A stretch of DNA of 64,000 nt, taken from the NCBI GenBank assembly GCA_003427395.1, contig BFEA01000003.1:8258517-8322516 (forward strand), given 5' to 3'. Positions 37,229 to 49,284 of this stretch are shown here, in pieces. Position 1 is the stretch's first letter. Every line of letters starts with the position of its first letter. Made by a program: the position numbers and the translations under genes. The stretch comes from Chara braunii. Lineage: Eukaryota > Plantae > Charophyceae. The notes under the pieces are model-generated. The model did not search any database and was not told the origin of the DNA. It saw only the letters and a program-made list of their open reading frames with translations.

Positions 37229-37692
37229 TGTGATCATCCAATCAGTCTTCAATGACAGATCAATTGTTTTAGCAGTGAGTTTGTCGTGACCCCCAATATT
37301 ACGCCGTTGGGAGTTGAGGAAAAAATGCTTTTCGATTTTTTATTATTATTATTTCCCCCCCCCCTCGAAATTCAAATCTGATGCCCGGGTCCTCACTTTT
37401 TTTTTGAAATATACCTTTTTCGTTAGCATTTTGTTTTTGTGCTTTTTTGTTTTTTTTGTTTTCTTTCCCCGGAAATTGCACTTTTATTAACAGGGCCCAG
37501 TGCCCAAGGCAAATTACATCATCAGGATAGTCAACAACAAGGACGCAGGGTTGTCCTGCCCCTCCAGGAGCTCAGAGCCCCGTCCTTGCGTGCACAGTCT
37601 TCACACTCGTTACCCAATCGCGGCACCAGCCCTGCCAACAAACCATGTCTACTCTCATCTACAACCTCCCTGGCTACACTCTTAACCCAAAC

Positions 37693-37842
37693 AAATCAAA
37701 ACTACCAATTCCAAATAGACGAAATTCTAACAGGCCACAGAAAAAAACGAAAATACGAATCTTAACGCAAAAGGAATCAAAACTACCAGCCAATTCCAAA
37801 TAGACAAAATTCTAACAGGCCACAAAAAACGAAAATACGAAA
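37693..37842. repeat. About 82-bp tandem duplication
   Basis: AATCAAAACTACC..AATTCCAAATAGAC.AAATTCTAACAGGCCACA..CGAAAATACGAA occurs twice. Confidence 0.8.
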
Positions 37843-38913
37843 AGCCAAAAAACCCACCTACATAGATGCTAATTCCAACCAAACAGGTAAATAAACAATA
37901 AAACCCGACTCAATACGCAAACCTGTCAAGGGTATCTAAGCTCTCCAGCACAACTTTGAAGGTATCTAAGCTCTCGAACACAGCTTCCAACACAAGGCTG
38001 TCACGGGCATCCAAGTATTTTCCACTTCGGCACCCTGCAGCGAACCAAACGCCGGCAACAGAACAAATTAGGGTCGCCCACCTATCATAAATCCAATGCG
38101 TTTTGAGTTCAAGCACGGCGTCGTAGAAAATACCACTGTCCCACATCCCTATCCCAGCCTTCCAATTTCCCACACACCCTGTCTCCTCACCAAGCATCAA
38201 GCCACGGCCAGCAACAGATCAAATAGGGTTGCTCACCTATAAAATCGCGAACCATTTTGCTCGAGCAAGGTATTCCTACATCGAACCAGCGAACATCAAC
38301 CCTAGAACAGGATCATTGTCAACGCCACAAAAAACAAGGAGCCAACGCGAGGACACACAGCGGTGGGCATCAAAAAGGAAAATCCCACAAAACACGCAGG
38401 CTAAGTAAGGAAAGAGCGAAGAACAAGAAAAATCAGACATAGGGAAAGAGCGCAAAAAAAAAAAAAAAATCAGACAAACCTAACTCGAAGCATTCAAACA
38501 AAACGCAACATCCAATTTCCGAACCACCCCTAGCACCAAACCTAACCCTCAACAAGCGATGCATGCCCGATGCGATCTTCTTGGAGAGGATCTTGAATCT
38601 TCATCTCCCGGCGAGAGCTACTGTTATTCCGACCTCAAGTCATTGCCTAAAGCGGCAGCCAAAAAGTCAACGCCTAAAGCGGCATCTTCAGCCAAGAAGT
38701 CAACCCTTAAAGCGGCTTCTTCAACAACATCTTCAACCAAGACTCCATAACGAAGACCAGAGTGCACCAGCACGCTGATCAAGCTCCATACCCGGTAAAG
38801 GAGCATCCTCCTGCGAGCACGCCACACCCACACAGCAACGCACTCTTGACTCAGCACGCCAGTATAACCACGCCTAACCCATGGCTAGGAGCTGCAGGGG
38901 CAGATGAGACCAG

Positions 38914-40195
38914 TGTAATGAAGCCTGCAGATTCTCAGTGGACTGTACATTGGGCCGAGGGCGAAGCTCGGGGCTTGCCTCGGTCGGGTCGCGTCTTAGA
39001 TTAGATTCGTAATTTTGTTTGGCTGAGGGCTAACCGAGAGACCTATCTGTAAGGAAAATTTGTGAGGGACATATCTCCAAATTCCGGAAAATACAGCCCG
39101 TACTAACTGAATTTCCTACAGCTACCCTAACTGCGAATAGCAGACCCGGGCTACCCCTATGACAGCCAGGCCCTATAGGCCTAAGCTGATAGACTGTCCT
39201 ATAGCCTATAGCCGGGTTGGGAGAGGCCCTAGAGGCCGAAACAGAATCGGTACTGGTCGGTCAGTCAGTCCGGTTTAGGTCGAGTCTAGGCTAGTTTAGA
39301 CTATAGATAGGATGGGCACATCAGTTCAGGGCTTTTGGCAGTTGGTACTGAGTACATCGCTGCTGCGCGACGCGTGAATCGGAAATGGTGACGGCTCAGC
39401 GTGGAAGGAGACAGGCATAGCCAGACCTTCCGAGCGCCGGCCATAGCTGGGACCTGCGCTGTACTCTGCCAGCATGCAGGGGCTGACAGAGGTCTGGGCT
39501 ATCGACGTCTGCTGGAGGCGAGAGAGGTTAGTGCCCTGCTGGACCCTCCTCCGAAGTGGGGTTCCAGGGTGGTGATACTGCAGCCATAGCTGCAGCTTCT
39601 TTCTCAGAGGTGATCTTGTCGGGGTTTGGTGGCGCTGCTGCAGACTTCCATTCGGGAAGTCTTACGACACTTCGTCATCATCAGGTACTGTGGCGCTGGT
39701 CTTCTTCTTCATCCTCTGAGTGGCGCTTGGCCTCAGATGCCTGTTTCAGGGTGGCGCTTCCCTCAGGAGGCTGTATTTGGGTGGTGCTTGATGTTTCAGG
39801 GGCTCAGGGGTGTTACGGGTGCTAATCAGGGTTGGGGAGTGAAGCGCTGCTCATTTTTTAGCAGCGCACTATATTACTAAAGTTATCCTGACAATTCGAG
39901 ACTCTGAGAGTAATAAACAGTGTGAAACAGGGTTTGGACTATCATCGTTTCATTGTTTCCTGGATGTGATCTGCTCGGCTTTTCTTTATGACTGGTTGTG
40001 ACGATTGAGTGGAGTGAATTGCACTTTCAGTGTACCCTGTCATATCGCATGGTCAGGGTTTCCGCTGTGTTATCCCCCCCTGTGCGGTGTGATACTCCTA
40101 TCCACTCCCCTTCCTTCTGTGTATGTATGGGCATACCTGGAAGTCTATGTGAGTGAGTGTTGGTCATCAGACAACAAACAACTAGAATCATGACA
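38914..40195 (+). repeat. 5' LTR of a second LTR retrotransposon
   Basis: TGTAATGA...TCATGACA terminal inverted repeat (7/8), followed 2 nt later by a PBS. Confidence 0.7.
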
Positions 40196-40197
40196 GT

Positions 40198-40208
40198 TGG
40201 TATCGAAG
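40198..40208 (+). promoter_or_regulatory. Primer binding site (tRNA-iMet-like)
   Basis: TGGTATCGAAG versus canonical TGGTATCAGAG. Confidence 0.65.
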
Positions 40209-41709
40209 TGATTGGATCCAGACTCCGAAGCAATTGATGAGTTGGAGCAACCATCATCATCTGGCGAGATATTGGAGTTGAGTCTCATGGCGATTCATCA
40301 TCTTCAGGGTTGTTGTCAGTAAGGGTGGTGGTAGTGAGTGTGTGGCGAGAAGAATTGGACAGAGGGTGACTCACTCCTGACTAGGGTTGTGCAGGAGTGG
40401 TTGGCGATTGGTGCTCAGAGACCTGAGAGGGTCTGGGAGGCTATTTTTAGCCTGGCGATTCATTTGGAGGTTGGCGATTGGCAAGGAAGTGATCCCAGGA
40501 GGTGGCAATTGTGGAATTGGGTCAGCCCGGTCAGGATCCCCAATTCCCAGGCAACGCAGTACATGGTGATGTGGCGCTGCCCTGACTTTCTCAGTTATTG
40601 GCACCTGGGAGTCCGGATTCTTTGAATCTGTCAGTTGGGGGTGAAGCGCCTCAGGGTAATCTACTGGATCACCAAGTTTCAGGCAATTTGGTATGTGGGA
40701 ACACTGGATACTGTCAGGAGATGAAACTGGCGAGATGGGGTTGACCAGTCAGCCATAGCCAGGGTTTCATGCATCTTCTTCAGAGTTGACTCTGAAGTAA
40801 GTGTGTTCCTTACTTCATCCTGTGTGGCGATTCTGGGACTATTATTAGGATAGTGAAATTTGGTCTGTCTGTCAGGTGACAGTTGAAAATCGAAATTCAG
40901 ACTGTGGGACAACCATATCCAACTTCCCCTACCTATCTTCTTTGACTTCTACTAACCCTGTTTGACCTTCTCTCTGACTCATATTTCATATGTGGCTGCT
41001 TTACAGTATTGCGATTTATACTGTGTAGTGAATTGGTGAATTCAGGGTCCTGTTTTCAGTGATAATGCAAATTGGAATTTTGCGCTGACATAGCTAAAGC
41101 TTGGCTAGACTAGGGTCAGTCATAACTTTGATTATGTCCGCCAGAATTCAATTTTGTCAGTCCCTGGTGAATCACAATTTTGTATACAGTATCAAAATCG
41201 CACATCCAGATTTGATGTTCTGAGTGAGTTACAATGAAAACTGTAATTCTCCATACCTAGGGTATGGCATACAGCCTAATACAGGGTCATACAATAGTGA
41301 AGTCTGTAGGGTAGGTCAAAAAATAGGGTAACCTGTAAATCGCTGCATCTTGATCATCAGTGGACATCTGTCTAACCCTAATTAGTCACTCTGCCTAATT
41401 ACTAATCAACACTAATCAGTACAAGACCGCATCCTGTAAGTAATTGAAGTAGGATTTGCAATTATTACATGCAATTGTTGTGTCAGGGCAGGGATGGGAA
41501 AACCGTGAAATTGATTTTTGCTGAGTGTACTTTAAACTGACCCTGACCCTCAAGCGGTCTGCTCACTTGCTTAAACTAACCAACCTCTTCTCTCCAGGCA
41601 GGGGACAGCAATTGAGGGAGTACTGAAGAGAAATCTCAATTCTTGTTACCTCCTGCTCTGTCTCTGATTGATTGTTTATTTTTTTTTATCTGAATTGTGG
41701 GTGACCAAA

Positions 41710-42279
41710 ATGGCCAATTATGAGAAGGGCGAAGTACCTAAGAAGGGTGAGACTTCGGAAGCGAAGCCTCAGGTACAGCCCAAGACACCGTTCCTGCTTG
41801 ACCCTCTAGAGGCTGAACTACGGGCCCAGGAGGAGGTACTCCGCCAACAGGCCAAGGCAGTTGAGTCTCTAAAGTCTGAGCTGATGAGAAAGGAGGAATC
41901 TGCCAGAAAAGAAACAAGAAGGCGGGAACTGGCAGCTGACGTGGAGAAGGTTGGGACTAGTGGCAGCTCCAGCCAGTACAATAAAGACAAAGCTGAATTC
42001 GTCCTTCTGCAGGACGAAATTCATCAGTCCTATTTTACTAACTGGGACGCCAGGATTACCAGTCTGGAGGACAGCATGGCTGAGCATACTCAGCAACTGC
42101 AAGATATTTCCTCCAAACTGGACCGTCTCTTCGTCCATCTGCAGATCCCACCTGCTCAAACAGATCCTCCCTCTCCTGGGTCTTCTAAGCAGACTCTCAG
42201 AAACTCCCACAATCCAGACCTACATCTCCACCCTCTACTCCCAAATCAACAATACACGCCTTCGTTGCACTTACTCTAG
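41710..42279 (+). pseudogene. Truncated gag N-terminus (coiled coil plus Pro/Ser tract)
   Basis: First long ORF after LTR/PBS and a 1.5-kb leader. No capsid motif reached. Confidence 0.5.
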
Positions 42280-43335
42280 AACCTGTGACACTAGATGAGC
42301 TCTCGAAACCCTGGGTGTCGTCCTACTTGACCACAGAGCCGCACCACTGTGCTACGGGGCAAAGTCTGTCACCGGGACAGGAGGTCTATTCTCGAAAAAC
42401 GAGCCAGTCGGCAGGCAACTCCCGATGACACTTGCAAATTCGGTTTTTGCAAGTGGGAGACTCTCAACGTTTTGAGAGTGGGGTTGTAGCGTGGCTTCTG
42501 ACAACTTTCGATCGGGTTTCAACAGTTTACCGATCGAGAGTAGGTGCAACGAAGACCCACTCTCAAAACTTCGAGGCTCTAGAGTAGTGCAGCGAGGCCC
42601 ATTGTCACTGAATATGGTCTGTGTGCCAGCTCACATGCAGTCGTCTTGACTGCCACAGGCATGGTCAGTGAATCATGCCCTGACATCTGACACCCTGCCT
42701 CGAGCAGACACCATCTGTGAGAAGAGCACTTTCTTTTCTTTTTTAGCAGGTTTTTTTTTATTTGTTTGGTCATGAAATGTTTTCTTGCGTTTATTTTCCC
42801 TACTTCACGCTGCCACCCACCTGTCCAGCACGGTCACACTACTCCACATACATGGCTAGTGAGATCTCGCTCCTATTGTGAGTATGCCCTTATTGAATAC
42901 TTTCGAATCGGATAAAAAATTGCGCCCCTCGTATGTTGTCCTCTCTCCCCGGGGGGCAAGTCCCACTAGCAGCGTTGAGGTTCCTCGACGCCTGAATCTG
43001 GGCGACATTTATGGAGATGTGCAAAACTGGCGTTGAGTTTCCTCAACTGCCCATGGACACAAACGCGTCCAGATTCAGGCTTAAAGGGTTTCCCGCGAAG
43101 ATTTTTTTGAAGGCTGCTGACGATTTCTCTGCAAAAAAACTTGGGTGCTGGGACGGTTGGGTCCGTATCCTCCGTGAAGGGGTAATGGAATACGGTCGCT
43201 GACGAGTTCTCTGGAAATTTTTTTGGTGCTGGGACGGTTGGATCCGTATCCTCCGTGAAGGGGTAATGAAATACGGCCCTGGTCTACGAAAAATAACAGC
43301 TGCGGGATTTGTCACTACCTAGGCGCTACCGACAC

Positions 43336-44040
43336 NNNNNNNNNNNNNNNNNNNNNNNNNNNNNNNNNNNNNNNNNNNNNNNNNNNNNNNNNNNNNNNNN
43401 NNNNNNNNNNNNNNNNNNNNNNNNNNNNNNNNNNNNNNNNNNNNNNNNNNNNNNNNNNNNNNNNNNNNNNNNNNNNNNNNNNNNNNNNNNNNNNNNNNNN
43501 NNNNNNNNNNNNNNNNNNNNNNNNNNNNNNNNNNNNNNNNNNNNNNNNNNNNNNNNNNNNNNNNNNNNNNNNNNNNNNNNNNNNNNNNNNNNNNNNNNNN
43601 NNNNNNNNNNNNNNNNNNNNNNNNNNNNNNNNNNNNNNNNNNNNNNNNNNNNNNNNNNNNNNNNNNNNNNNNNNNNNNNNNNNNNNNNNNNNNNNNNNNN
43701 NNNNNNNNNNNNNNNNNNNNNNNNNNNNNNNNNNNNNNNNNNNNNNNNNNNNNNNNNNNNNNNNNNNNNNNNNNNNNNNNNNNNNNNNNNNNNNNNNNNN
43801 NNNNNNNNNNNNNNNNNNNNNNNNNNNNNNNNNNNNNNNNNNNNNNNNNNNNNNNNNNNNNNNNNNNNNNNNNNNNNNNNNNNNNNNNNNNNNNNNNNNN
43901 NNNNNNNNNNNNNNNNNNNNNNNNNNNNNNNNNNNNNNNNNNNNNNNNNNNNNNNNNNNNNNNNNNNNNNNNNNNNNNNNNNNNNNNNNNNNNNNNNNNN
44001 NNNNNNNNNNNNNNNNNNNNNNNNNNNNNNNNNNNNNNNN
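43336..44040. other. Assembly gap (others at 49371-50060, 57170-57505, 60191-60344)
   Basis: N runs. Confidence 1.
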
Positions 44041-44570
44041 TTGTTTTTTGCGCTATCCACTTGTACCAGCGTCTCTCATACCTCATCTCTTCACCTCGTT
44101 TTTTCTCCCTCTCTTCATCTCCTATTCTCTTTTCTGTTTCTCCTCTTCTTCCTCTTTTTCTTCTTTTGGTCATGGTTGGTTACACCGGGTTCGTCAGCCT
44201 TTGTCGAGCTTCGAGTCGGCACGTCTTTTCGACTCTCTATGCTCTTGGAGAAGCGTTTTAACCACCGTGTTACTCACGGGGTGGTGGATATGCTAGTTTA
44301 ACAAGGTTTGTAGACTACTGTTGGGTGTTTGTCTCTTCTTCATGATCGGCAGTGCTCGCGAAGTTTTGCGATTTTTTTCGATTTTTTCCCCTATTTCCTC
44401 TCTTTTTTCACTTCTCTCTCTCTTTTTCACTTCTCTTCTTCTCTTCTCTCCTTTTTCTACTTCTTCTTCTTCTTTATTCCTCTCCCTCCGCTGGTTGCAA
44501 CGTACTGGTTGGTGGTTTGGTTAGTCTTCATAGGATAAGCTTAGGCGCTGTGTTCAGCGACGTATCGTTC

Positions 44571-46265
44571 ATGGCAGAGGGCGGACTAAGAGGTGGGTAT
44601 GGAAACTGCTACAACTGCGGGAATTATGGACATCATGCCAGGTGGTGTCCACACCCTCCGCGCAATGATGGGTACGGGGCTGGCCAAAGGCAAGATGCTG
44701 CGTATATCCAGGGGCAACCGATCTTCAATTCCGCACACGTGCCCTCGGCTCCCCCGCTTCCCTCTGCTCTCTCACTCCCTTCCGCCCCTCCTCTCCCTCT
44801 CCCTGCTCCTTACCCTGCTCCTCTCCAAGGATCCCAGCCGGCTATCCTACAAGCTCCGACTTCAGCAGTTCCGAGTACGAGCGCTCCATCTACCTCAAAT
44901 GCCATAGTGCCTTATCAGCCACCGCGCGACAATTTCGGCGGGAACAATGCACGTGGCTGGAATCGACCGAGGGATATGGGGTCCGACAGCGAGGCGATGA
45001 TGATTTTGAGAGAGATTTGGAATGACCGACGGGAGGAAAGGGAACGCAGACGCGAGGAGAAGGACAGAAGGAATAAAGAGGAACAGACGAGAATTGCTCG
45101 AGAAGAAGAAGAAAAGAGACTGGATGCTGAAGAAAAGAAGGAAGCTGAGCGGGAAGCCAGAATGGCTAAGTTAGTTACGGATCAGATGGAAGAGATTGAG
45201 GCAAATAAGAAAGGTGCCTCCGGGGATGTTAGTAAAGCGGGTTGGGATAAGATAGAAAGAGATGTGAAGTCTCCTAAAGAAGGGGAGACCGTAAAAAGTA
45301 GTGAATGTGAGGATCGCAAACGTGATCAGGTTGCGATGGGTGGAGAATCCGTGGCTTTTCAGCAGCAGGCCATCGGAAGGCAGCGGGTTGGTAACGAAGT
45401 AACCTCGCTCGATACCGGTTTGCTGCATATGGATCTGGACAGTGTCCGAAAGGTACAAGAATCCCATGCATTGCTGTTCCAAGAGATGATGTCATGTTTA
45501 AAGACGATAAAAGAACAGGGCGCTGCTCTTCTTACCCCTTCGACATCTCAACATCACCCTTCCCCGTTCGCTCCTCCTCCCCCTCCTCCTCACCACCCCC
45601 CACCTCAACACCCCATAACCTTGCNCTCCGACCCTCAGTGCCATCCTCCGGCTCCTGCGGCTCCTCCTCCCCCGGCTCCTCCTCCTCCCCCTCCACCTCC
45701 TCCTCCACCCCCTCCATCCCCTTCCATGCATAACACCAATCCTGTTCTCGCAACCCCCGATCCTCAACCACCACTCCATCGACCTCCCCCTCCCCCTCCC
45801 TCCACCTCCACCCCTGCTCCAAGTAGAGTTGGTGCTGCCACGGAACCTGGTCTCTCCCGCCCACGGAGTGATAGTGTCGAGACCCCTCTAGGAAACCGTT
45901 TTTCAACGCGGTTGGCAGGTATGTTCGCCTCCGTCGCTGGCAACACAGCTAGGAGATGATCTATTACTATCAATGAAAATGCATCTCAAGGTCTTGGTTT
46001 CGACCGCATCAACAGGGGGAAGAAGGTGGTTGTTGCTGGATCGGGAAAGGCAGGCAAGGTGAAGTACATTGATGACTTGATTGAAGTTCTCATGCAGAAG
46101 ACCAAGCATGAGCTGAAAGATTTGTGCAAGAAGGATCGTATAAAGTATGTGAATAAGAAAATCATTACTGCTGCTTTGGTTAGACTACGTGCGATTGAGG
46201 CCTACGGTGATGAGGAAGAGGAGGACCAGTCTGAGGAGGAATCTCAAGAGGAGAACCCCTCTTGA
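44571..46265 (+). pseudogene. PLE ORF1: CCHC knuckle, coiled coil, Pro-rich tracts, SAP-like C-terminus
   Basis: CYNCGNYGHHARWC; KTKHELKDLCKKDRIKYVNKKIITAALV. Single in-frame TGA at 45957-45959. Confidence 0.75.
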
Positions 46266-46271
46266 TGATCT

Positions 46272-49208
46272 GTGGATCTATTTGCAATTTGGTGTCACCT
46301 GGAGCGTTTGAGAATTCGAAGAAGAAATGAAGGGTGGCAAGGCAGACGGGCTTTTGAGACTGATATGCTTATGCGTTTTCTGGTTTTGACGCTAGCATGT
46401 GCTGCTAAGCTGCATTGGACTGACAAATTTGTTGGCTGTTGGAAGGACTCTTTGAGTCGGGGTATAGACCTATGTGGGTGGGACGGCCCGTGTGTGTACG
46501 TAGTAATATCTCCATCATTCAAAGTTACGTATGTAGGGTCCACTACACGTCCACTTAAAAGTCGATGGGATGAACACATTAGAAGATCTATCCAGTCTAA
46601 GGATGGCAGGAACCACAAGGTCAAACGTTGGTTCCAACGGAATGGCTGGTATAACTATGTGGCCATTCCTGTTGCCTTCCCTTTATGCAATGAGATTCGA
46701 AGAGTTGAGGAAGCTATGATTTCTAGATGGAACCCAGCGCTGAACTGTGCCAAAAGAAAGAGACCATGCAAGCGCAAAGGGAGGAGGGAGCGCCGTTCCT
46801 TTCAACGGCAGAATGGGCATGCTATGATGACTAGAAGATTGGACGTCAGGACTGTTTGTTGGGAGTCTTCTCCTATCTCCCTTCCTATCCCCGATCCATG
46901 GGTTTCCTCTTCCTTGTTTTTTTCACTCGCTGAGATTCTAAATAAGTTGGCTACTGATGGTGTTTTGCACGTTAATCTTCTCAGTTCTGGAGGGTCTTAT
47001 TTTTCTGACTCTTGGGGATGAATTAAGAGGCTTTTTGGTTGGTTCATTGTAGAATTTGAGAAGAAAAATTGTTTACTGAAAAATCTCAAATATGAGTTTT
47101 TGAAAGGAGGCCTTTTTCATATCATACGTTTGCGGAAGAAACTGTCTATGACCGGCTTGAGACGTAATATACTAGCTTCCCTTCTGCAAGTGCCTAGCAC
47201 AAGGGCGGGGCTCTATAAGGCTAGTCTGCATAATTTGATTAAGCTGTACGTTTCCAGTGACACATTCCTCAGAGATAAGTCCCGGACTATTCTTAAAGGG
47301 GTGATAGGAAGGGCGCTAACATCAATGTGCGGTTTTCGGTGTCTAGCCCCAAGTGTGGTGAAAATGATATTTGACGATCAGATCTGCAAATCGACCATTT
47401 TTGAATTAGCTAAAGTAGTGATCAGGAAACGCTGCACTAACGATCTGCTTGCTGATTTTCTGATTTCGAGGTTAAGGGTGGTTTGGACTAAGAACAAATC
47501 TCTGGGTGACTTACTGCACAACCACAGGGCTATGGCTAGAGTAACCTCTAATGAATGTTCATGTGAAAAGGCCAGCAGGTTTTTTCCTCGTAATGACGAC
47601 GGTCACGTTTTTTCCCGTTTTTTTGAGCTACCTGATCTTCCCCTATCTCTGAAGAACTCTCGAAACGTTTTGCGTCCATCCCGAATTCAGTCCGTTGGTA
47701 GGATTAAAAACGCACAGGTTGAAGGGTTGTCCCATATTCTGAGTGTGGATGGATGGGTTGGAAGTTCTCTAATGGTCCGTTCTTGCTTCGTTAATAAAAG
47801 GAAAGTTGAATCCTGCCATGAAGGAGTGGCAACGAATTGGAAAATATATTTGGAAGGTTTCGTTGCTTCGCCTATTGACCACAACATTGACGACACTCTG
47901 GTATGCTGTGCTACTATTTACAATGGAGCTCTCGCGAAGTTATACTGGGAGAATGAAGGTTTTCCGGTTGTTGATATATCGGAGCTGGAGGTTCTGAAGA
48001 TGTGCAAGGAGAAGTTCCATGAGATTCGGGCTCAGAGGTTGGCTCCATGGAACAATCAAGGGACTTTGGGGTCTGCCTATGGAATACCAAAACACAAAGA
48101 TGTCACTAGATGGAGACCCATTGCTCCCTCTTTTTCTGAACCAAGCGTTCGTGCTTGTAAAATCGTTTCCAAGGCAATTAATGGGCTTCTCTGGAGGGTT
48201 CAGGATTCCTGTCATTTTAATTTAAAAAGTACAGACCTTTTGAAGAAGCGTATCGAGTTCTTGAACCGGAAGGCTTAGAAGCATGTCGACGGAATTATGC
48301 TGTCAGCGAGTTTTGATATTAAAGAAATGTTCACGAAATTACCCCACGATGCCATCATTCGTTCTGTTGAGTGGCTGTGTGATTATTTCATTGGTAACGG
48401 TCGTAATTCTATTAGAATTAATAAATCAGGTAAAGGAACTTCTTTTGGTAAAGCCTACGGAGAGCAAGGCTGGTGCCAGGTAAAATTTTCTGATATTATT
48501 CAATTTGTCGTCTTTTATTTAGATCACACCTTTTCTAAGGTATCTGGTCGTATCATTTGACAAATGATAGGCATCCCTATGGGTAAAACTTCTAGTCCAA
48601 CCCTAGCTTGCCTGCTCTGCACTTACTATGAGTTTTCTTTCCTGAACTCTTTAGGTAAGAACCGCAATTCGATTCAAGGTTTAAGGTTGGTCGATGACGT
48701 TGCTCTATTTATAACTCTGCCTAATAGATCTCAATCCTCTTTTGGCAAAGCTAGGGAAATCTATCAGGGCCTTATCTCTATTTATGACAAGAATTTGTCG
48801 TTAGTCCGCACTGACTCCCGGGACGGTATATGGGAATTTTTGGGATGTAAAGTTGAGTGCCAGACTTTTACGCCTAAGGCACGGTGTGAAGGGACCACTA
48901 AGAATCAAGAATCCATTTGGACAGAGAAAGGTGCGATATTCGTATCCACGCAAGATTTCTGGTCTTATGGACCTAAATGCCAGAAAGTGGGCGCTATTAA
49001 ATGCCAGATGAATCGGGTTCTGACCCACTCCTCGGATTCCAGAGGAGTGGGTCTGTTTCTAATCTCTTTTAGGAGAGAATTAAGGCTTAAAGGGTTTCCT
49101 GCGAAGATTTTTTTGAAGGCCGCTGACGATTTTTCTGCAACAAATTTTGGGTGCTGGGACGGTTGGGTCCGTATCCTCCGTAAAGGGGTAATGGAATACG
49201 GCCGCTGA
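46272..49208 (+). pseudogene. PLE ORF2: GIY-YIG endonuclease, linker, reverse transcriptase
   Basis: CVYVV-x8-YVGST..RW.EH..E..PALN; YGIPKHKD..WRPIA, FDIKEMFT, QMIGIPMG, RLVDD, FLG. One frame with three internal stops (47019, 48276, 48558). Confidence 0.92.
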
Positions 49209-49284
49209 TGAGTTCTCTCGAAATTTTTTTGGTGCTGGGACAGTTGGATCCGTATCCTCCGTGAAGGGGTAATGGAATACGGCC
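49193..49284 (+). ncRNA. Minimal hammerhead ribozyme in pLTR (variant copy at 43187-43278)
   Basis: ggaaTA-cggccg-CTGATGA-g(ttctct)c-GAAA-tttt. Stem I partner cggcc at 49280-49284 in the next 81-bp unit. Confidence 0.65.

Noticed and set aside
38559-38750. Histone H1-like KAAAKK ORF
   Set aside because: Short low-complexity repeat with no globular domain.
43309-44301. Long ORFs spanning N runs or microsatellites (also 49321-50193, 56537-57761, 59869-60573, 8551-9025)
   Set aside because: Artefacts of gaps and simple repeats.
47019-48560. In-frame TGA as selenocysteine (as in some Naiad PLEs)
   Set aside because: TGA at 48558 sits at the usual Arg of RQxxG and a TAG is also present; C>T decay is simpler. 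No SECIS recognised.
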